Origin: Gemmatimonadaceae bacterium
GTDB lineage: Bacteria; Gemmatimonadota; Gemmatimonadetes; Gemmatimonadales; Gemmatimonadaceae
Direction of reading: 5' to 3'
DNA: 45,731 nucleotides
Assembly: GCA_036493195.1 (NCBI GenBank)
Contig: DASXQD010000280.1
Coordinates: 1 to 45,731, forward strand
The position numbers were made by a program, and so were the translations under genes. Positions within the stretch are counted from its first letter, which is position 1; each line of letters starts with the position of its first letter. This document shows, in pieces, positions 11,909-21,684 of the stretch. A model generated the notes under the pieces. It had not been told where the DNA came from. It was given only the letters and a program-made list of their open reading frames with translations, and made no database searches.

Positions 11909-12538
11909 TCAGTCCTGTGCGTGCAAAGAGGAAGGCGCGTCGAAGCCTCCCTGATAGGGCGCGAGCATGCGTCTCACGTACTTCCCGATCACGTCGCCCT
12001 CGACATGTACGTGCTGCGCCATGCGCAGCTCATCGAGCGTCGTGTGCGACAGTGTGTATTCGATCAGCGAGAGCTGCACCGCGTTCGTCGCGGGCAGTTC
12101 GTTTACCGTGAGACTCACACCATCGACCGTCAGCGAGCCGTGCGGAATCATGAGCTCGGAGAGTCCGTCGGGAAGCGACAGGGTCACGAGTTTCGCATCT
12201 CCCTCTGTTTCGATGTCGATCACGGATGCGACGCCATCCACGTGTCCGAGTACGAGATGACCGCCGAACCGATCGCCGGCCTGCATCGCGCGCTCGAGGT
12301 TCACGCGCCGACCGATCGTCCATTCACCGATCGCGGTGCGCTCGAGCGTCGTCGTGACGGCGGCGGCGGTGAACCACCCGGCACCATGCTCACGCACGGT
12401 CAGGCACGCCCCGTTGATGGCGATGCTCTCGCCGTCCACGAGATCGTCGTAGCGACAGCGCACGCGCAGCTCACGCCCGGCCGGCGTGACCCGAAGCTGA
12501 TCGATCGTTCCGACATCCTGCACGAGCCCGGTGAACAT
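11909..12538 (-). CDS. ribE: Riboflavin synthase alpha chain
   Basis: 209 aa. MFTGLVQDVG N-terminus, with GESIAINGACLTV and SLTVDGVSLTV duplicated barrel motifs. Confidence 0.93.
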   Translation of the reverse strand: MFTGLVQDVGTIDQLRVTPAGRELRVRCRYDDLVDGESIAINGACLTVREHGAGWFTAAAVTTTLERTAIGEWTIGRRVNLERAMQAGDRFGGHLVLGHVDGVASVIDIETEGDAKLVTLSLPDGLSELMIPHGSLTVDGVSLTVNELPATNAVQLSLIEYTLSHTTLDELRMAQHVHVEGDVIGKYVRRMLAPYQGGFDAPSSLHAQD

Positions 12539-12562
12539 GCGTGCGCGCCATCTCGCTGAGGG

Positions 12563-13621
12563 TCAATCCTCCGACGGCGGCGCGAATACGGCCATCGTGT
12601 CCGCGCCGACTTCGCGATGCTCGAGTGCGCGCCATCGCGACGCGCGCTCGATTTCCGTTGGCGGAACGAACGCGAACGCGCCGAGCGCGCCTGCGCCGAA
12701 GATCGCCGACCCCCGAAAGATAACCAAACGGTCGACCATTCCGGCCCCGATCAGGGCTCCGGCGAGGCGCGCGCCCCCCTCCACGAGCAAAGAACGCACG
12801 CCGGCGTCGCCCAGTGCGTCCAGCGCCACGCGCAGAGAGATCGAGTCGATCACGCGTACGCCCACCGCCTGGAGCGCCGCGATGCGGGCAGCGGGCGGCG
12901 ATTCGGCGAGGACCACGGTAGGCACATCGCGAGCGGTGACGGCCAGTACCGAATGGACGGGCAGACGCGCCGCGCGATCGAACACTACCCGCCTCGGTGC
13001 GACGCGGGGAGGCGGCGCATCGCGCACGGTGAGCGCCGGATCGTCGGTGAGCACCGTGCCGATCCCGACGCCGATCGCGTCGCTCCCCGCGCGCATCTCG
13101 TGCACCAGGCGCCGCGATTCATCGCCCGTGATCCACCGCGAGTGGCCCGCCGCATCGGCGAGCGCGCCATCAAGCGAGACGGCGAGCTTGAGGGTGATCC
13201 ATGGACGCCTCTCGATGAACGAGTGAAAAAACGGCGCGTTGAGCTCGCGCGCCTCGTTCTCGACGACGCCGACGGACACCGCGATGCCCGCCGCGCGCAG
13301 CAGCTCGATTCCGCCCGATGCGTCACGATTCGGGTCACGCCCGGCGATGACCACGCGCGCGACGCGCGCGTTGACGAGTGCATTGGCGCACGGCGGCGTC
13401 TTGCCATGGTGCGCGCACGGCTCGAGCGTGACGTACACGGTTGCACCCTCGGCACGCTCGCCCGCGGCACGCAGCGCCTCTACCTCCGCATGCGGCGCAC
13501 CGAACGCCGAGTGATGTCCCTCTCCAACGATCACGCCATCGCGTACGACGACGGCGCCGACCATCGGGTTCGGCGCCGTCTGTCCCCAGCCCTTTCGCGC
13601 GAGCTCGAGCGCGCGACGCAT
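12563..13621 (-). CDS. ribD: Bifunctional riboflavin biosynthesis deaminase/reductase RibD
   Basis: FMRRALELARKGWGQTAPNPMVGAVVV, HAEV.AL, TLEPCAHHGKTPPC deaminase motifs plus the reductase half. I prefer the ATG at 13621. The ORF extends to an ATG at 13726, but that start would overlap the upstream gene by 53 nt. Confidence 0.9.
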   Translation of the reverse strand: MRRALELARKGWGQTAPNPMVGAVVVRDGVIVGEGHHSAFGAPHAEVEALRAAGERAEGATVYVTLEPCAHHGKTPPCANALVNARVARVVIAGRDPNRDASGGIELLRAAGIAVSVGVVENEARELNAPFFHSFIERRPWITLKLAVSLDGALADAAGHSRWITGDESRRLVHEMRAGSDAIGVGIGTVLTDDPALTVRDAPPPRVAPRRVVFDRAARLPVHSVLAVTARDVPTVVLAESPPAARIAALQAVGVRVIDSISLRVALDALGDAGVRSLLVEGGARLAGALIGAGMVDRLVIFRGSAIFGAGALGAFAFVPPTEIERASRWRALEHREVGADTMAVFAPPSED

Positions 13622-13673
13622 GAACGACGCGTCGTCGCGCGCGCTGCCCCCTGTGCTCGAGACCTCGTTCGTG

Positions 13674-14663
13674 CTAGAGCCCAATGCGTATGCCGAGCGA
13701 GCCGTAGTTGCGCGCGGCACTCGCATCAGTCGCGAAGGTGTTGAACGTCGTCACATCACCACCGGTCACCCGCCCGATCTCGGCGACGAAGTGCGCGAGC
13801 AGCAGATTGAACGACACATCGGCGAAGTAGTTCGTGCGCGTGGGCGAGATGTGGAGCGGAATCGGCGAGGTTGGCCTGCTGCCATCAACGTCGTACGTGA
13901 GCGAGGCCTTGCTGTCGTACTGATCCTGGCCGACGCCGGCCGCGAGCCCGAGAAAGAGAAATTTCTTGCTCGCGGTGAGCCGCCACTGCTTCGTGCGAAT
14001 CCGATAGTCCGTGATGCTCACGACGTTCCCCGAGTTGTCCGAGCCGCTGAGCTCCGCGGTGGGAAGATCGCGCACCATGTACGACACACCCACCGCCGGA
14101 ATGAGCAGCGACTCCTGAAGAATACCGATGCGCCCGCCGAATCCGATCTTCCATTTGTCGGTCTGCGCGCCCACGTGCAGCGAGTGCTGCGTGTAGCTCG
14201 GCAGATACGCGACGCTGACGAGCGCATCGAGGCCACCGATGTACGTGAGCCCAACCGGAATGCCCTTGAACAATCCAATCGCGATATCCGCGGCCGGAAG
14301 CCCCACCCATCGTTCCTTGCTCGGGATGAGCGTGGATACCGGAGGTCCCGACTGAACCTGGATCTCGTCGACGGACGGGATGGTCGCCTTCATCACGTTG
14401 GCGCGCACACCGATGCTGATGCGCCCGAGCCCGCCGAGGGTGCCGCCCTGACCCAGCGTGGGATTGCCGCCGGCCACCCACGTGCCGAGCTGCATGTTCA
14501 TGTAGTTGAACAGGTCCGCGACCTTTTGACACGCATCGCCGCCTTCGTGGGTGATGCCCACGACCCCGGGATCCGTGCAGTGCGAGTCGATCGCCTGCGC
14601 CGGAAGCGCCGCGGCAATGCCGAGCGCCGAGACGATCAACAACGTGCCGTGACGAATGTTCAT
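13674..14663 (-). CDS. Hypothetical secreted / outer-membrane protein
   Basis: 329 aa. Clear signal peptide (LLIVSALGIAAALPAQA|ID). Gly/Ser/Thr-rich with alternating hydrophobic pattern consistent with beta strands. I cannot name a family. Confidence 0.6.
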   Translation of the reverse strand: MNIRHGTLLIVSALGIAAALPAQAIDSHCTDPGVVGITHEGGDACQKVADLFNYMNMQLGTWVAGGNPTLGQGGTLGGLGRISIGVRANVMKATIPSVDEIQVQSGPPVSTLIPSKERWVGLPAADIAIGLFKGIPVGLTYIGGLDALVSVAYLPSYTQHSLHVGAQTDKWKIGFGGRIGILQESLLIPAVGVSYMVRDLPTAELSGSDNSGNVVSITDYRIRTKQWRLTASKKFLFLGLAAGVGQDQYDSKASLTYDVDGSRPTSPIPLHISPTRTNYFADVSFNLLLAHFVAEIGRVTGGDVTTFNTFATDASAARNYGSLGIRIGL

Positions 14664-14678
14664 CGAACCTCCCTCGAG

Positions 14679-15704
14679 CTACGCGAAGATGACAGCTCCG
14701 GTACCGAGTCGCGTGGCACCGAGAACCCACGCGGGCACACCCGCGGCCTCGGCGTGAGCGATCACCGACTCGGCTACGGAGGCATCCGCGAGCACGATCA
14801 TTCCGACACCCATGTTGAACGCGCGAAACATCTCTTCGCGCGTCACGTGTCCCGCCTGTTCGAGCGCGAGAAATTCCGCTGGAATCGTCCAGCTGCCCGC
14901 GTCGATCACCGCATCGACATCGGGCGGCAACGCACGATTGAGATTCCCCGGAATGCCACCGCCCGTGATGTGCGCCATTGCGTGAACCGTGCCGAGCACG
15001 GGGCGCAGCGCCGCGAGATACGAGCGGTGCACGCGCAGGAGCACATCTGCCACGGTACCCGGGGAACCCGGAAAGGTGTCGTGGGGTGCGAGTCTCATGC
15101 GCTCGGACACGATCCGGCGCGCCAGAGAGTAGCCGTTGGTGTGAAGGCCATTGCTCGCGAGGCCAACGAGCACATCGCCGATGCGAACGCGGGATGCGCC
15201 GAGCACCGCCGATTCTTCCACGGTGCCGACGATGAAGCCGGCGAGGTCGTAGTCCGGCGGCGTGTACACGCCGGGCATTTCGGCGGTCTCACCACCGACG
15301 AGCGCGCAGCCATTCTCGCGGCATCCCGCAGCGACTCCGCGCACCACGCTCTCGACCACCGAGGGCACGAGCTCTCCGAAGGCGACGTAGTCGAGAAAGA
15401 ACAGTGGCGTCGCTCCCTGCACGAGAATGTCGTTCACGCAGTGATTGACCAGATCGTGGCCGATCGTGTCGTGGACGTTCGCATCGATGGCGAGCTTGAT
15501 CTTCGTGCCCACGCCGTCCGCACTCGACACGAGCAGTGGCGCCCGCATGCCTTCCGGCATGCGCACCATGCCGCCGAAGCCACCGAATGCCCCGCGCGTG
15601 GCGGACGTGAACGTCGACTCCACGAGCGCCTTGATACGGCTCTTCGCATCGTCGGCAGCATCGATGTCCACGCCGGCGGCGCGATAATCGAGCGGCGACG
15701 TCAC
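14679..15704 (-). CDS. purM: Phosphoribosylformylglycinamidine cyclo-ligase (AIR synthetase)
   Basis: 341 aa from the GTG at 15704 (GTGA overlap with the PfkB kinase stop). YRAAGVDIDA, DGVGTK, HDLVNHCVNDI motifs. Confidence 0.93.
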   Translation of the reverse strand: MTSPLDYRAAGVDIDAADDAKSRIKALVESTFTSATRGAFGGFGGMVRMPEGMRAPLLVSSADGVGTKIKLAIDANVHDTIGHDLVNHCVNDILVQGATPLFFLDYVAFGELVPSVVESVVRGVAAGCRENGCALVGGETAEMPGVYTPPDYDLAGFIVGTVEESAVLGASRVRIGDVLVGLASNGLHTNGYSLARRIVSERMRLAPHDTFPGSPGTVADVLLRVHRSYLAALRPVLGTVHAMAHITGGGIPGNLNRALPPDVDAVIDAGSWTIPAEFLALEQAGHVTREEMFRAFNMGVGMIVLADASVAESVIAHAEAAGVPAWVLGATRLGTGAVIFA

Positions 15705-16618
15705 GGCACGAGCTCCTTCTCGAACGCGACCAGCTTCCGGAACTCCTCGATGCGCGCGGTGAGATCCTTCTCGGTGATCTCGAAGAACCGCTCGACGGAG
15801 AACCGCTCGACGGCGAACGAGCCCATTGCGCATCCGCAGACGACGGCGCGGCGCATGCTTCCTTCGCTCAGGTCACCGGTGCGCGCGAGATAGCCGAAGA
15901 AGCCGCCGGCGAACGAGTCGCCCGCACCCGTTGGATCGAACACGCTCTCGAGCGGATACGCGGGAGCGAAGAAAATGCTCTTCGCGTTGAACATGAACGC
16001 TCCGTGCTCGCCCTTCTTTATGATGACGTGCTTCGGTCCGTGCGCCATGATCCAGCGCGCGGCCTTCACGAGGTTGGTCTCCTCCGTGAGCTGGCGCGCC
16101 TCGCCGTCATTGAGCGTGACCATGTCCACTTCCTTGAGCAGAGCGAGCAGATCGTTGCGGCGGCTCTCGATCCAGAAGTTCATCGTGTCGCACGCCACGA
16201 GCTTGGGTTTGCGCACCTGACGCAGCACCTCGAGCTGGAGGCGCGGGTCGATGTTGCCGAGAAACACGAATGGCGTATCGCGAAACTGCTCGGGAATCTT
16301 CGGGAGAAAATGCGAGAAGACGCCGAGCCGCGTCTCGAGTGTTTCGGCGGAATTGAGGTCGTGGCGATAGCGACCGCGCCATCGGAACGACTCACCCTCG
16401 GCGCGCTCCAGGCCCGCGAAGTCGACGCCGCGCTCGCGCAGCGGCTGCAGCTCGTCGACCGGATAGTCGCTGCCGACGATGCCTACCACCTGCACCGGCG
16501 TGAGCAGACTCGCCGAGGCCGCGAAGAAGATGGCCGAGCCTCCGATCACATTCTCGGCCTTGCCAAACGGAGTCTCGACGGAATCGAGCGCGACGGATCC
16601 GACGACGAGCACGGTCAT
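15701..16618 (-). CDS. PfkB-family (ribokinase-like) carbohydrate/nucleoside kinase
   Basis: 305 aa. GGSA N-terminal substrate motif and C-terminal DPTGAGDSFAGGF anion-hole/ATP motif. Substrate not inferable. Confidence 0.85.
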   Translation of the reverse strand: MTVLVVGSVALDSVETPFGKAENVIGGSAIFFAASASLLTPVQVVGIVGSDYPVDELQPLRERGVDFAGLERAEGESFRWRGRYRHDLNSAETLETRLGVFSHFLPKIPEQFRDTPFVFLGNIDPRLQLEVLRQVRKPKLVACDTMNFWIESRRNDLLALLKEVDMVTLNDGEARQLTEETNLVKAARWIMAHGPKHVIIKKGEHGAFMFNAKSIFFAPAYPLESVFDPTGAGDSFAGGFFGYLARTGDLSEGSMRRAVVCGCAMGSFAVERFSVERFFEITEKDLTARIEEFRKLVAFEKELVP

Positions 16619-16666
16619 GGGGCAGTCAGTGAGAGTCCGGAAGGTCGGTTGAATGCGAGAGGCCGA

Positions 16667-18448
16667 TCACATGCGCTCGGGAGCCGCAATGCCGAGCACC
16701 GCGAGCCCATTGCGCAACACGATACGACTCGCCTGGGCAAGGAAGAGCCGCGAATTCATGATCGATGGCGGCTGATCGAGCACATGATGCTTGTGATACC
16801 AGGTGTGCACCAGCTGCGCCGTGTCGTGCAGATAGCTCGCGACGCGATGCGGCTCGAGCGCCTCGGCCGCACCGGCGAGCAGCGCCGGAAAATCGAGGAG
16901 GGCCTTCACCAGCTCGCGCTCCTCGGGCTCGACGAGCGCATCGAAATCGACGTTGGCCGCGTTGAGCGAGCTCGGATCGATGCCGCCCACGCGAAAGATG
17001 CCGCAGAGCCGGGCGTGCGCCATCTGGATGTAGTACACGGGATTCTCTTCGGACTGCGCGCGCGCGAGGTCGATGTCGAACACGAGCTCCGATTCGGCTT
17101 TGCGCATCGAGAAGAAGTAGCGCACGGCGTCGCGTCCGACTTCCGAGATGAGCTCCTCCAGCGTGACGATGGAGCCGGAACGCTTGGAGAACTTCATCTC
17201 CTCCCCGGCCTTCATCAGCTTCACGAGATTGTGCAGGACGTACTCCGGATATCCCTTCGGAATTCCGGCCTCGAGCGCCTGCAACCCCGCGCGCACCCGC
17301 GCTGTGGTGCCGTGATGATCGGTGCCCTGCACGTTGATCGCGCGGGTGAAGCCCCGGCCCCACTTGCTCACGTGGTACGCCACGTCGGGAAGAAAATAAG
17401 TGTAGGTGCCGTCGCGTTTCCGCATCACTCGATTCTTGTCATCGCCGAATTCGGTCGTGCGCAGCCAGAGAGCGCCGTCTTCCTCGTAGCTATTGCCGCT
17501 CGCGACGAGCACGCGCACCGTTGCATCGACGGCGCTCTCGGTGGCATCGCCGCCGAGGACGGGCGCGATCGCGTGCGCAGATCCGGGTGCGTAGAGGCTC
17601 GACTCCAGAAAGTACGTGTCGAAGACGAGCCCGAACGCCTTGAGATCGCGATCCTGCGTCTTGCGAAGCTCGTCCACGGCGACGCGCACGAACTCGGGAT
17701 GCGTGCGCACGAACTCGAGAATCTCGGGCGCGAGCGCGACCGGATCGTTCTGGAACGAGCCGAGCAGATCGGCCGGCATCTCGCGCTCGAGAAGCTCCTG
17801 CGCGTTTCGTGCGCCACGATCTGCGATGTACGCGCGCGCGACGTCGAGCACGTACTCGCCCTGATACCAGCCATCCGGAAAGTCCAGTGGATGCCCCGCG
17901 AGCTCGCGCAGTCGCACCACCACTGACGCCGCGAGATTCTGAATCTGGACGCCGGCATCGTTGTAATAGTATTCGCGCGACACGGACCAGCCTCCCCACT
18001 CGAGCAGCGCGCTGATGGCGTCGCCGAGCACGGCCTGTCGCCCGTGACCAACGTGCAGCGGCCCCGTGGGATTTGCGGAGACGAACTCGACGACCACACG
18101 CTGCCCCGCTCCACTCTCGTTGCGCCCGTACGCGTCGCCCTGTGCGACGATGGTCGTGAGCCCGCGCGCGTTCGCGCCGGCAGCGAGATAGAAGTTGATG
18201 AATCCCGCGCCGGCGATGTCGACCTTGCTCACACCCGTCGCGTCGAGATCGAGTCGGTCGACCAGCTTCTGCGCGAGCACGCGCGGCTTTTCGCCGAGCG
18301 GCTTCGCGAGAATCATCGCGAGGTTGGTGCTCCAGTCGCCGTTCGCGGGATCGCGCGGGCGCTCCAGTACCGGGGCAATCGTGGCGGGCGCACCGAGCTC
18401 ACGCGCGGCATCTGTCAACGCCGCACGAATGAGATCGATGGGCATCAT
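16667..18448 (-). CDS. argS: Arginine--tRNA ligase
   Basis: 593 aa. FVSANPTGPLHVGHGR (HIGH region), class I core, DALR anticodon-binding C-terminus ending in RM. ATGA overlap with the upstream zinc-ribbon gene. Confidence 0.96.
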   Translation of the reverse strand: MMPIDLIRAALTDAARELGAPATIAPVLERPRDPANGDWSTNLAMILAKPLGEKPRVLAQKLVDRLDLDATGVSKVDIAGAGFINFYLAAGANARGLTTIVAQGDAYGRNESGAGQRVVVEFVSANPTGPLHVGHGRQAVLGDAISALLEWGGWSVSREYYYNDAGVQIQNLAASVVVRLRELAGHPLDFPDGWYQGEYVLDVARAYIADRGARNAQELLEREMPADLLGSFQNDPVALAPEILEFVRTHPEFVRVAVDELRKTQDRDLKAFGLVFDTYFLESSLYAPGSAHAIAPVLGGDATESAVDATVRVLVASGNSYEEDGALWLRTTEFGDDKNRVMRKRDGTYTYFLPDVAYHVSKWGRGFTRAINVQGTDHHGTTARVRAGLQALEAGIPKGYPEYVLHNLVKLMKAGEEMKFSKRSGSIVTLEELISEVGRDAVRYFFSMRKAESELVFDIDLARAQSEENPVYYIQMAHARLCGIFRVGGIDPSSLNAANVDFDALVEPEERELVKALLDFPALLAGAAEALEPHRVASYLHDTAQLVHTWYHKHHVLDQPPSIMNSRLFLAQASRIVLRNGLAVLGIAAPERM

Positions 18449-18882
18449 TCGGAGGAGCTGCTGCTCTTGGGCGCGCTCGGTTTCGACTCGGCCGGCTTCG
18501 TCGCTGCCGGCGGCGTGCTCGGAGTCTTGCCGTCGGACGAAGAGGACTTCGCGTCGGATGACTTGCTCTCGCCCGAGGATTTGGACTCGCCGGACGTGCT
18601 CGTGTTTCCGCTTCCACCCTCGGACGAGCTCGACGAAGACGAGGCGCCCTCACCGTTCGACGCGGAGTTCCTGGACGCGCTCTGATCTTTCTTTCCGTCC
18701 TTGCCGTAATCCGTGATATAGAAGCCGCTACCCTTGAACATGAGGCCGGCACCTGCAGAGATCTTGCGCGCAGCCATCGCTCCGCACACTGGACACGGAA
18801 GCTCGGATTCGCCGCTGCTGATCGTCCGGAAGAACTTTTCGAAGTCGTGCCCGTTGGGGCACGTGAACTCGTAAGTTGGCAT
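18445..18882 (-). CDS. FmdB-family zinc-ribbon protein with Ser-rich disordered tail
   Basis: 145 aa. MPTYEFTCPNGHDFE....CPVCG (CxxC-type pair typical of the FmdB/TIGR02605 family), followed by about 80 aa of low-complexity S/G/K/E sequence with SGESKSS repeated. Confidence 0.8.
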   Translation of the reverse strand: MPTYEFTCPNGHDFEKFFRTISSGESELPCPVCGAMAARKISAGAGLMFKGSGFYITDYGKDGKKDQSASRNSASNGEGASSSSSSSEGGSGNTSTSGESKSSGESKSSDAKSSSSDGKTPSTPPAATKPAESKPSAPKSSSSSE

Positions 18883-18938
18883 CGCTCAGAAAGTTATGCT
18901 GTTCAGCGAACGCGGACAATGAGATTTCTCCGCGCCGA

Positions 18939-20537
18939 TCATCGAGCGGGCCGGTACATCCCCCACGATGCCGCGAGCGTGTCCGCGATCTCGCCGAGCG
19001 TCGCGCGCGCGCGCGCGGCATCGATGATGAGAGGCATGAGCCTGGCCGATGTCTCAGCGCTCTCCGACGTGCTCGCGGTTCCGAGCGCGCCGAGCGCAGC
19101 GCGCACCTCAGCGTCGTCGCGCGACGCGCGCGTGCGCGCCAGCCGCGCGAGCTGGTCCTGCTCCAGCGCTCGATAATCGGGTGCGGGGATCGCGAGCGGC
19201 GGCTCATTGTCCGTGAATGCGTTCACACCCACGATCACCGTCTCGCCGCGCTCCACGCGAAGCTGGTGCTCGTACGCCGAGCGTCCAATCTCGTCCTGGA
19301 AAAAGCCCTCTTCGATCGCTCGCGCGGCGCCGCCCAGCTCCTCGACACGCGCGAGCAGCGCGAGCGCACGCTCCTCGAGCTCGGTGGTCAACTTCTCGAC
19401 GTAGTAGCTGCCGGCGAGCGGATCGGCCGTGCCCGCAACGCCGGACTCGTACGCGACAACCTGCTGGGTACGCAACGCCAACGTGGCGGCGTCGACCGTC
19501 GGAAGCGCGAGCGCCTCATCGTAGCCATTGGTGTGGAGCGACTGCGTGCCGCCGAGCACTGCGGCGAGCGTCTGGACCGTGACGCGCACGACATTCGTGA
19601 GCGGTTGCTGCGCCGTGAGCGTCACGCCTCCGGTCTGCGTGTGAAAGCGCATGCGGCAGCTCGCGTCCGAGGCGCCGAATCGCTCGCGCATCAGTCGCGC
19701 GTACATGCGCCTGGCGGCGCGGAACTTCGCGACTTCCTCGAACAGATCGCTGTGCGCCGCGAAGAAGAACGAGAGTCGCGGTGCGAAGCTGTCGATGGCG
19801 AGGCCGGCTCCCAGCGCGCGCGCCACGTACTCGATCGTGTTCGCGAAGGTGAACGCGAGCTCCTGCACGGCGGTCGCACCAGCCTCGCGCATGTGGTAGC
19901 CCGAGATCGAGATCGGATTCCACTGCGGCACCTCCGCGGCGCAGAACGCGAAGATCCCCGTCACCAGCGCGAGGCTCGGTCCCGGCGGATAGATGTAGGT
20001 GCCGCGGGCGATGTACTCCTTGAGGATGTCGTTCTGCACGGTGCCCGAAAGCTTCGCGCGCGGAATTCCGCGCTCCTCCGCGACCACGATGTACATTGCG
20101 AGCAGCGTCGCCGCCGTCGCGTTGATCGTCATGGACGTCGAGACCCTTTCGAGCGGAATCTCGGCGAGCAGCGCGTGCATGTCGTCCACGGTGTCGATCG
20201 CGACGCCCACCCGGCCGACCTCGCCGACCGCGCGCGGCGAGTCGGAGTCGAAGCCCATCTGCGTCGGCAGATCGAAGGCGACCGAGAGTCCCGTCTGTCC
20301 CGCGGCGAGGAGGGCACGGAAGCGCGCGTTCGTCTCCATCGCGGTGCCGAAGCCGGCGTACTGGCGCATCGTCCACAGCCGCCCGCGATACATCGTCGAC
20401 TGCACGCCGCGAGTGAACGGAAAGGATCCCGGATCGTTCAGGTCGTGCGCGTAGTCGACCGGCGCATCGGCCGGACGGTAGAACGGTTCGAGTGGAACGC
20501 CGGCGGGAGTGGTGCGAGCGTCGTCGCGCGCGGGCAT
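18939..20537 (-). CDS. Methylmalonyl-CoA mutase family, catalytic (large) subunit without B12-binding domain
   Basis: 532 aa. [55 protein letters not shown] motifs. It ends before the cobalamin-binding domain. Confidence 0.9.
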   Translation of the reverse strand: MPARDDARTTPAGVPLEPFYRPADAPVDYAHDLNDPGSFPFTRGVQSTMYRGRLWTMRQYAGFGTAMETNARFRALLAAGQTGLSVAFDLPTQMGFDSDSPRAVGEVGRVGVAIDTVDDMHALLAEIPLERVSTSMTINATAATLLAMYIVVAEERGIPRAKLSGTVQNDILKEYIARGTYIYPPGPSLALVTGIFAFCAAEVPQWNPISISGYHMREAGATAVQELAFTFANTIEYVARALGAGLAIDSFAPRLSFFFAAHSDLFEEVAKFRAARRMYARLMRERFGASDASCRMRFHTQTGGVTLTAQQPLTNVVRVTVQTLAAVLGGTQSLHTNGYDEALALPTVDAATLALRTQQVVAYESGVAGTADPLAGSYYVEKLTTELEERALALLARVEELGGAARAIEEGFFQDEIGRSAYEHQLRVERGETVIVGVNAFTDNEPPLAIPAPDYRALEQDQLARLARTRASRDDAEVRAALGALGTASTSESAETSARLMPLIIDAARARATLGEIADTLAASWGMYRPAR

Positions 20538-20564
20538 CAGGGGCTGCGCATCAGGAGCTGCGCG

Positions 20565-21593
20565 TCATCCCCCGACGCCGGCGGGAACGCCGCTCAACAG
20601 CTCCACGGCGAGATCCACTTCGCGCTTGCTGCCGATGTAAAGTGGCGTGCGCTGATGCAGCTCCGTGGGCTGTGCATCCATCACGCGATGCGCGCCGTCG
20701 TAGGCGGCGCCGCCGGCCTGCTCCACCACGAACGCGAGCGGGTTCGCCTCGTACAGCAGCCGCAGCTTGCCATGCGTGCGCTTTCTGTTCGCCGGGTACA
20801 CGAACACGCCGCCGCCCAGAAGGTTCCGATGAAAATCGGCGACGAGGCTGCCCACGTAGCGAACGCTGAGCGCCTTGTGGTTTCCCTCGAGTCCGCGATA
20901 CCGGCGCATGAGCGACTTGACCGGCTCCTCCCACAGCTGCTCGTACGAATCGTTCACCGAGAGATACCGGCCGACCTCGGGGATGCGAATGTTCGGATGC
21001 GAGAGGAGAAACTCGCCGATGGAGGGATCGAGCGTGAAGCCGTGTGAGCCCTGCCCCGTGGTGTACACCAGCATGGTACTCGAGCCATAGATCACGTAGC
21101 CCGCTGCCACCTGCTGGTGGCCGGGCTGGAGCAGGTCGGACATCTCGCCGCGCGTGCCCGACGAGGTCTTGCGAAGCACGGAGAAGATCGTGCCGACCGG
21201 CACGTTGACATCGATGTTCGACGAGCCGTCGAGCGGATCGAACAGCAACACGTACTTGCCGCACTTGAAGCCGTCCGGAATCGGGATGATGTCCGGCTCC
21301 TCTTCCGAGGCCATGGCACACAGGCGGCCGCCGTGGTCCATCGCCTTGATGATGATCTCGTTCGACAGCACGTCGAGCTTGGCCTGCACCTCTCCCTGCA
21401 CGTTCTGCGACTCGTTGGAGCCCAGAATGTCGGCGAGTCCGGCGCTTCGAACCTTGTTCGCGATCATCTTCGCGGCGAGCGCGATGTCGTACAGGATGCC
21501 GGACAGCTCGCCGGTGGCCTCGGGGTACAGGCGTTCCTGCTCGATGATGTAGCGATCGATTGTGACGACGGACGTAGGCGTATGTTGAACCAC
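20565..21593 (-). CDS. fbp: Fructose-1,6-bisphosphatase class 1
   Basis: 342 aa. ATGELSGIL.DIALAAK, ASEEE, DPLDGSSNID, RYVGSLVADFHRNLL motifs. GTG start with GAGG 9 nt upstream. Confidence 0.93.
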   Translation of the reverse strand: MVQHTPTSVVTIDRYIIEQERLYPEATGELSGILYDIALAAKMIANKVRSAGLADILGSNESQNVQGEVQAKLDVLSNEIIIKAMDHGGRLCAMASEEEPDIIPIPDGFKCGKYVLLFDPLDGSSNIDVNVPVGTIFSVLRKTSSGTRGEMSDLLQPGHQQVAAGYVIYGSSTMLVYTTGQGSHGFTLDPSIGEFLLSHPNIRIPEVGRYLSVNDSYEQLWEEPVKSLMRRYRGLEGNHKALSVRYVGSLVADFHRNLLGGGVFVYPANRKRTHGKLRLLYEANPLAFVVEQAGGAAYDGAHRVMDAQPTELHQRTPLYIGSKREVDLAVELLSGVPAGVGG

Positions 21594-21684
21594 GGGTTAC
21601 CTCGTGTCGGGAGCGGCCGCACGGCCGCCGCAGGTGCAAAGTGGCGTCTGCACGTTCCTTCCTGCAAGTGGCAAACCGCGCCTT

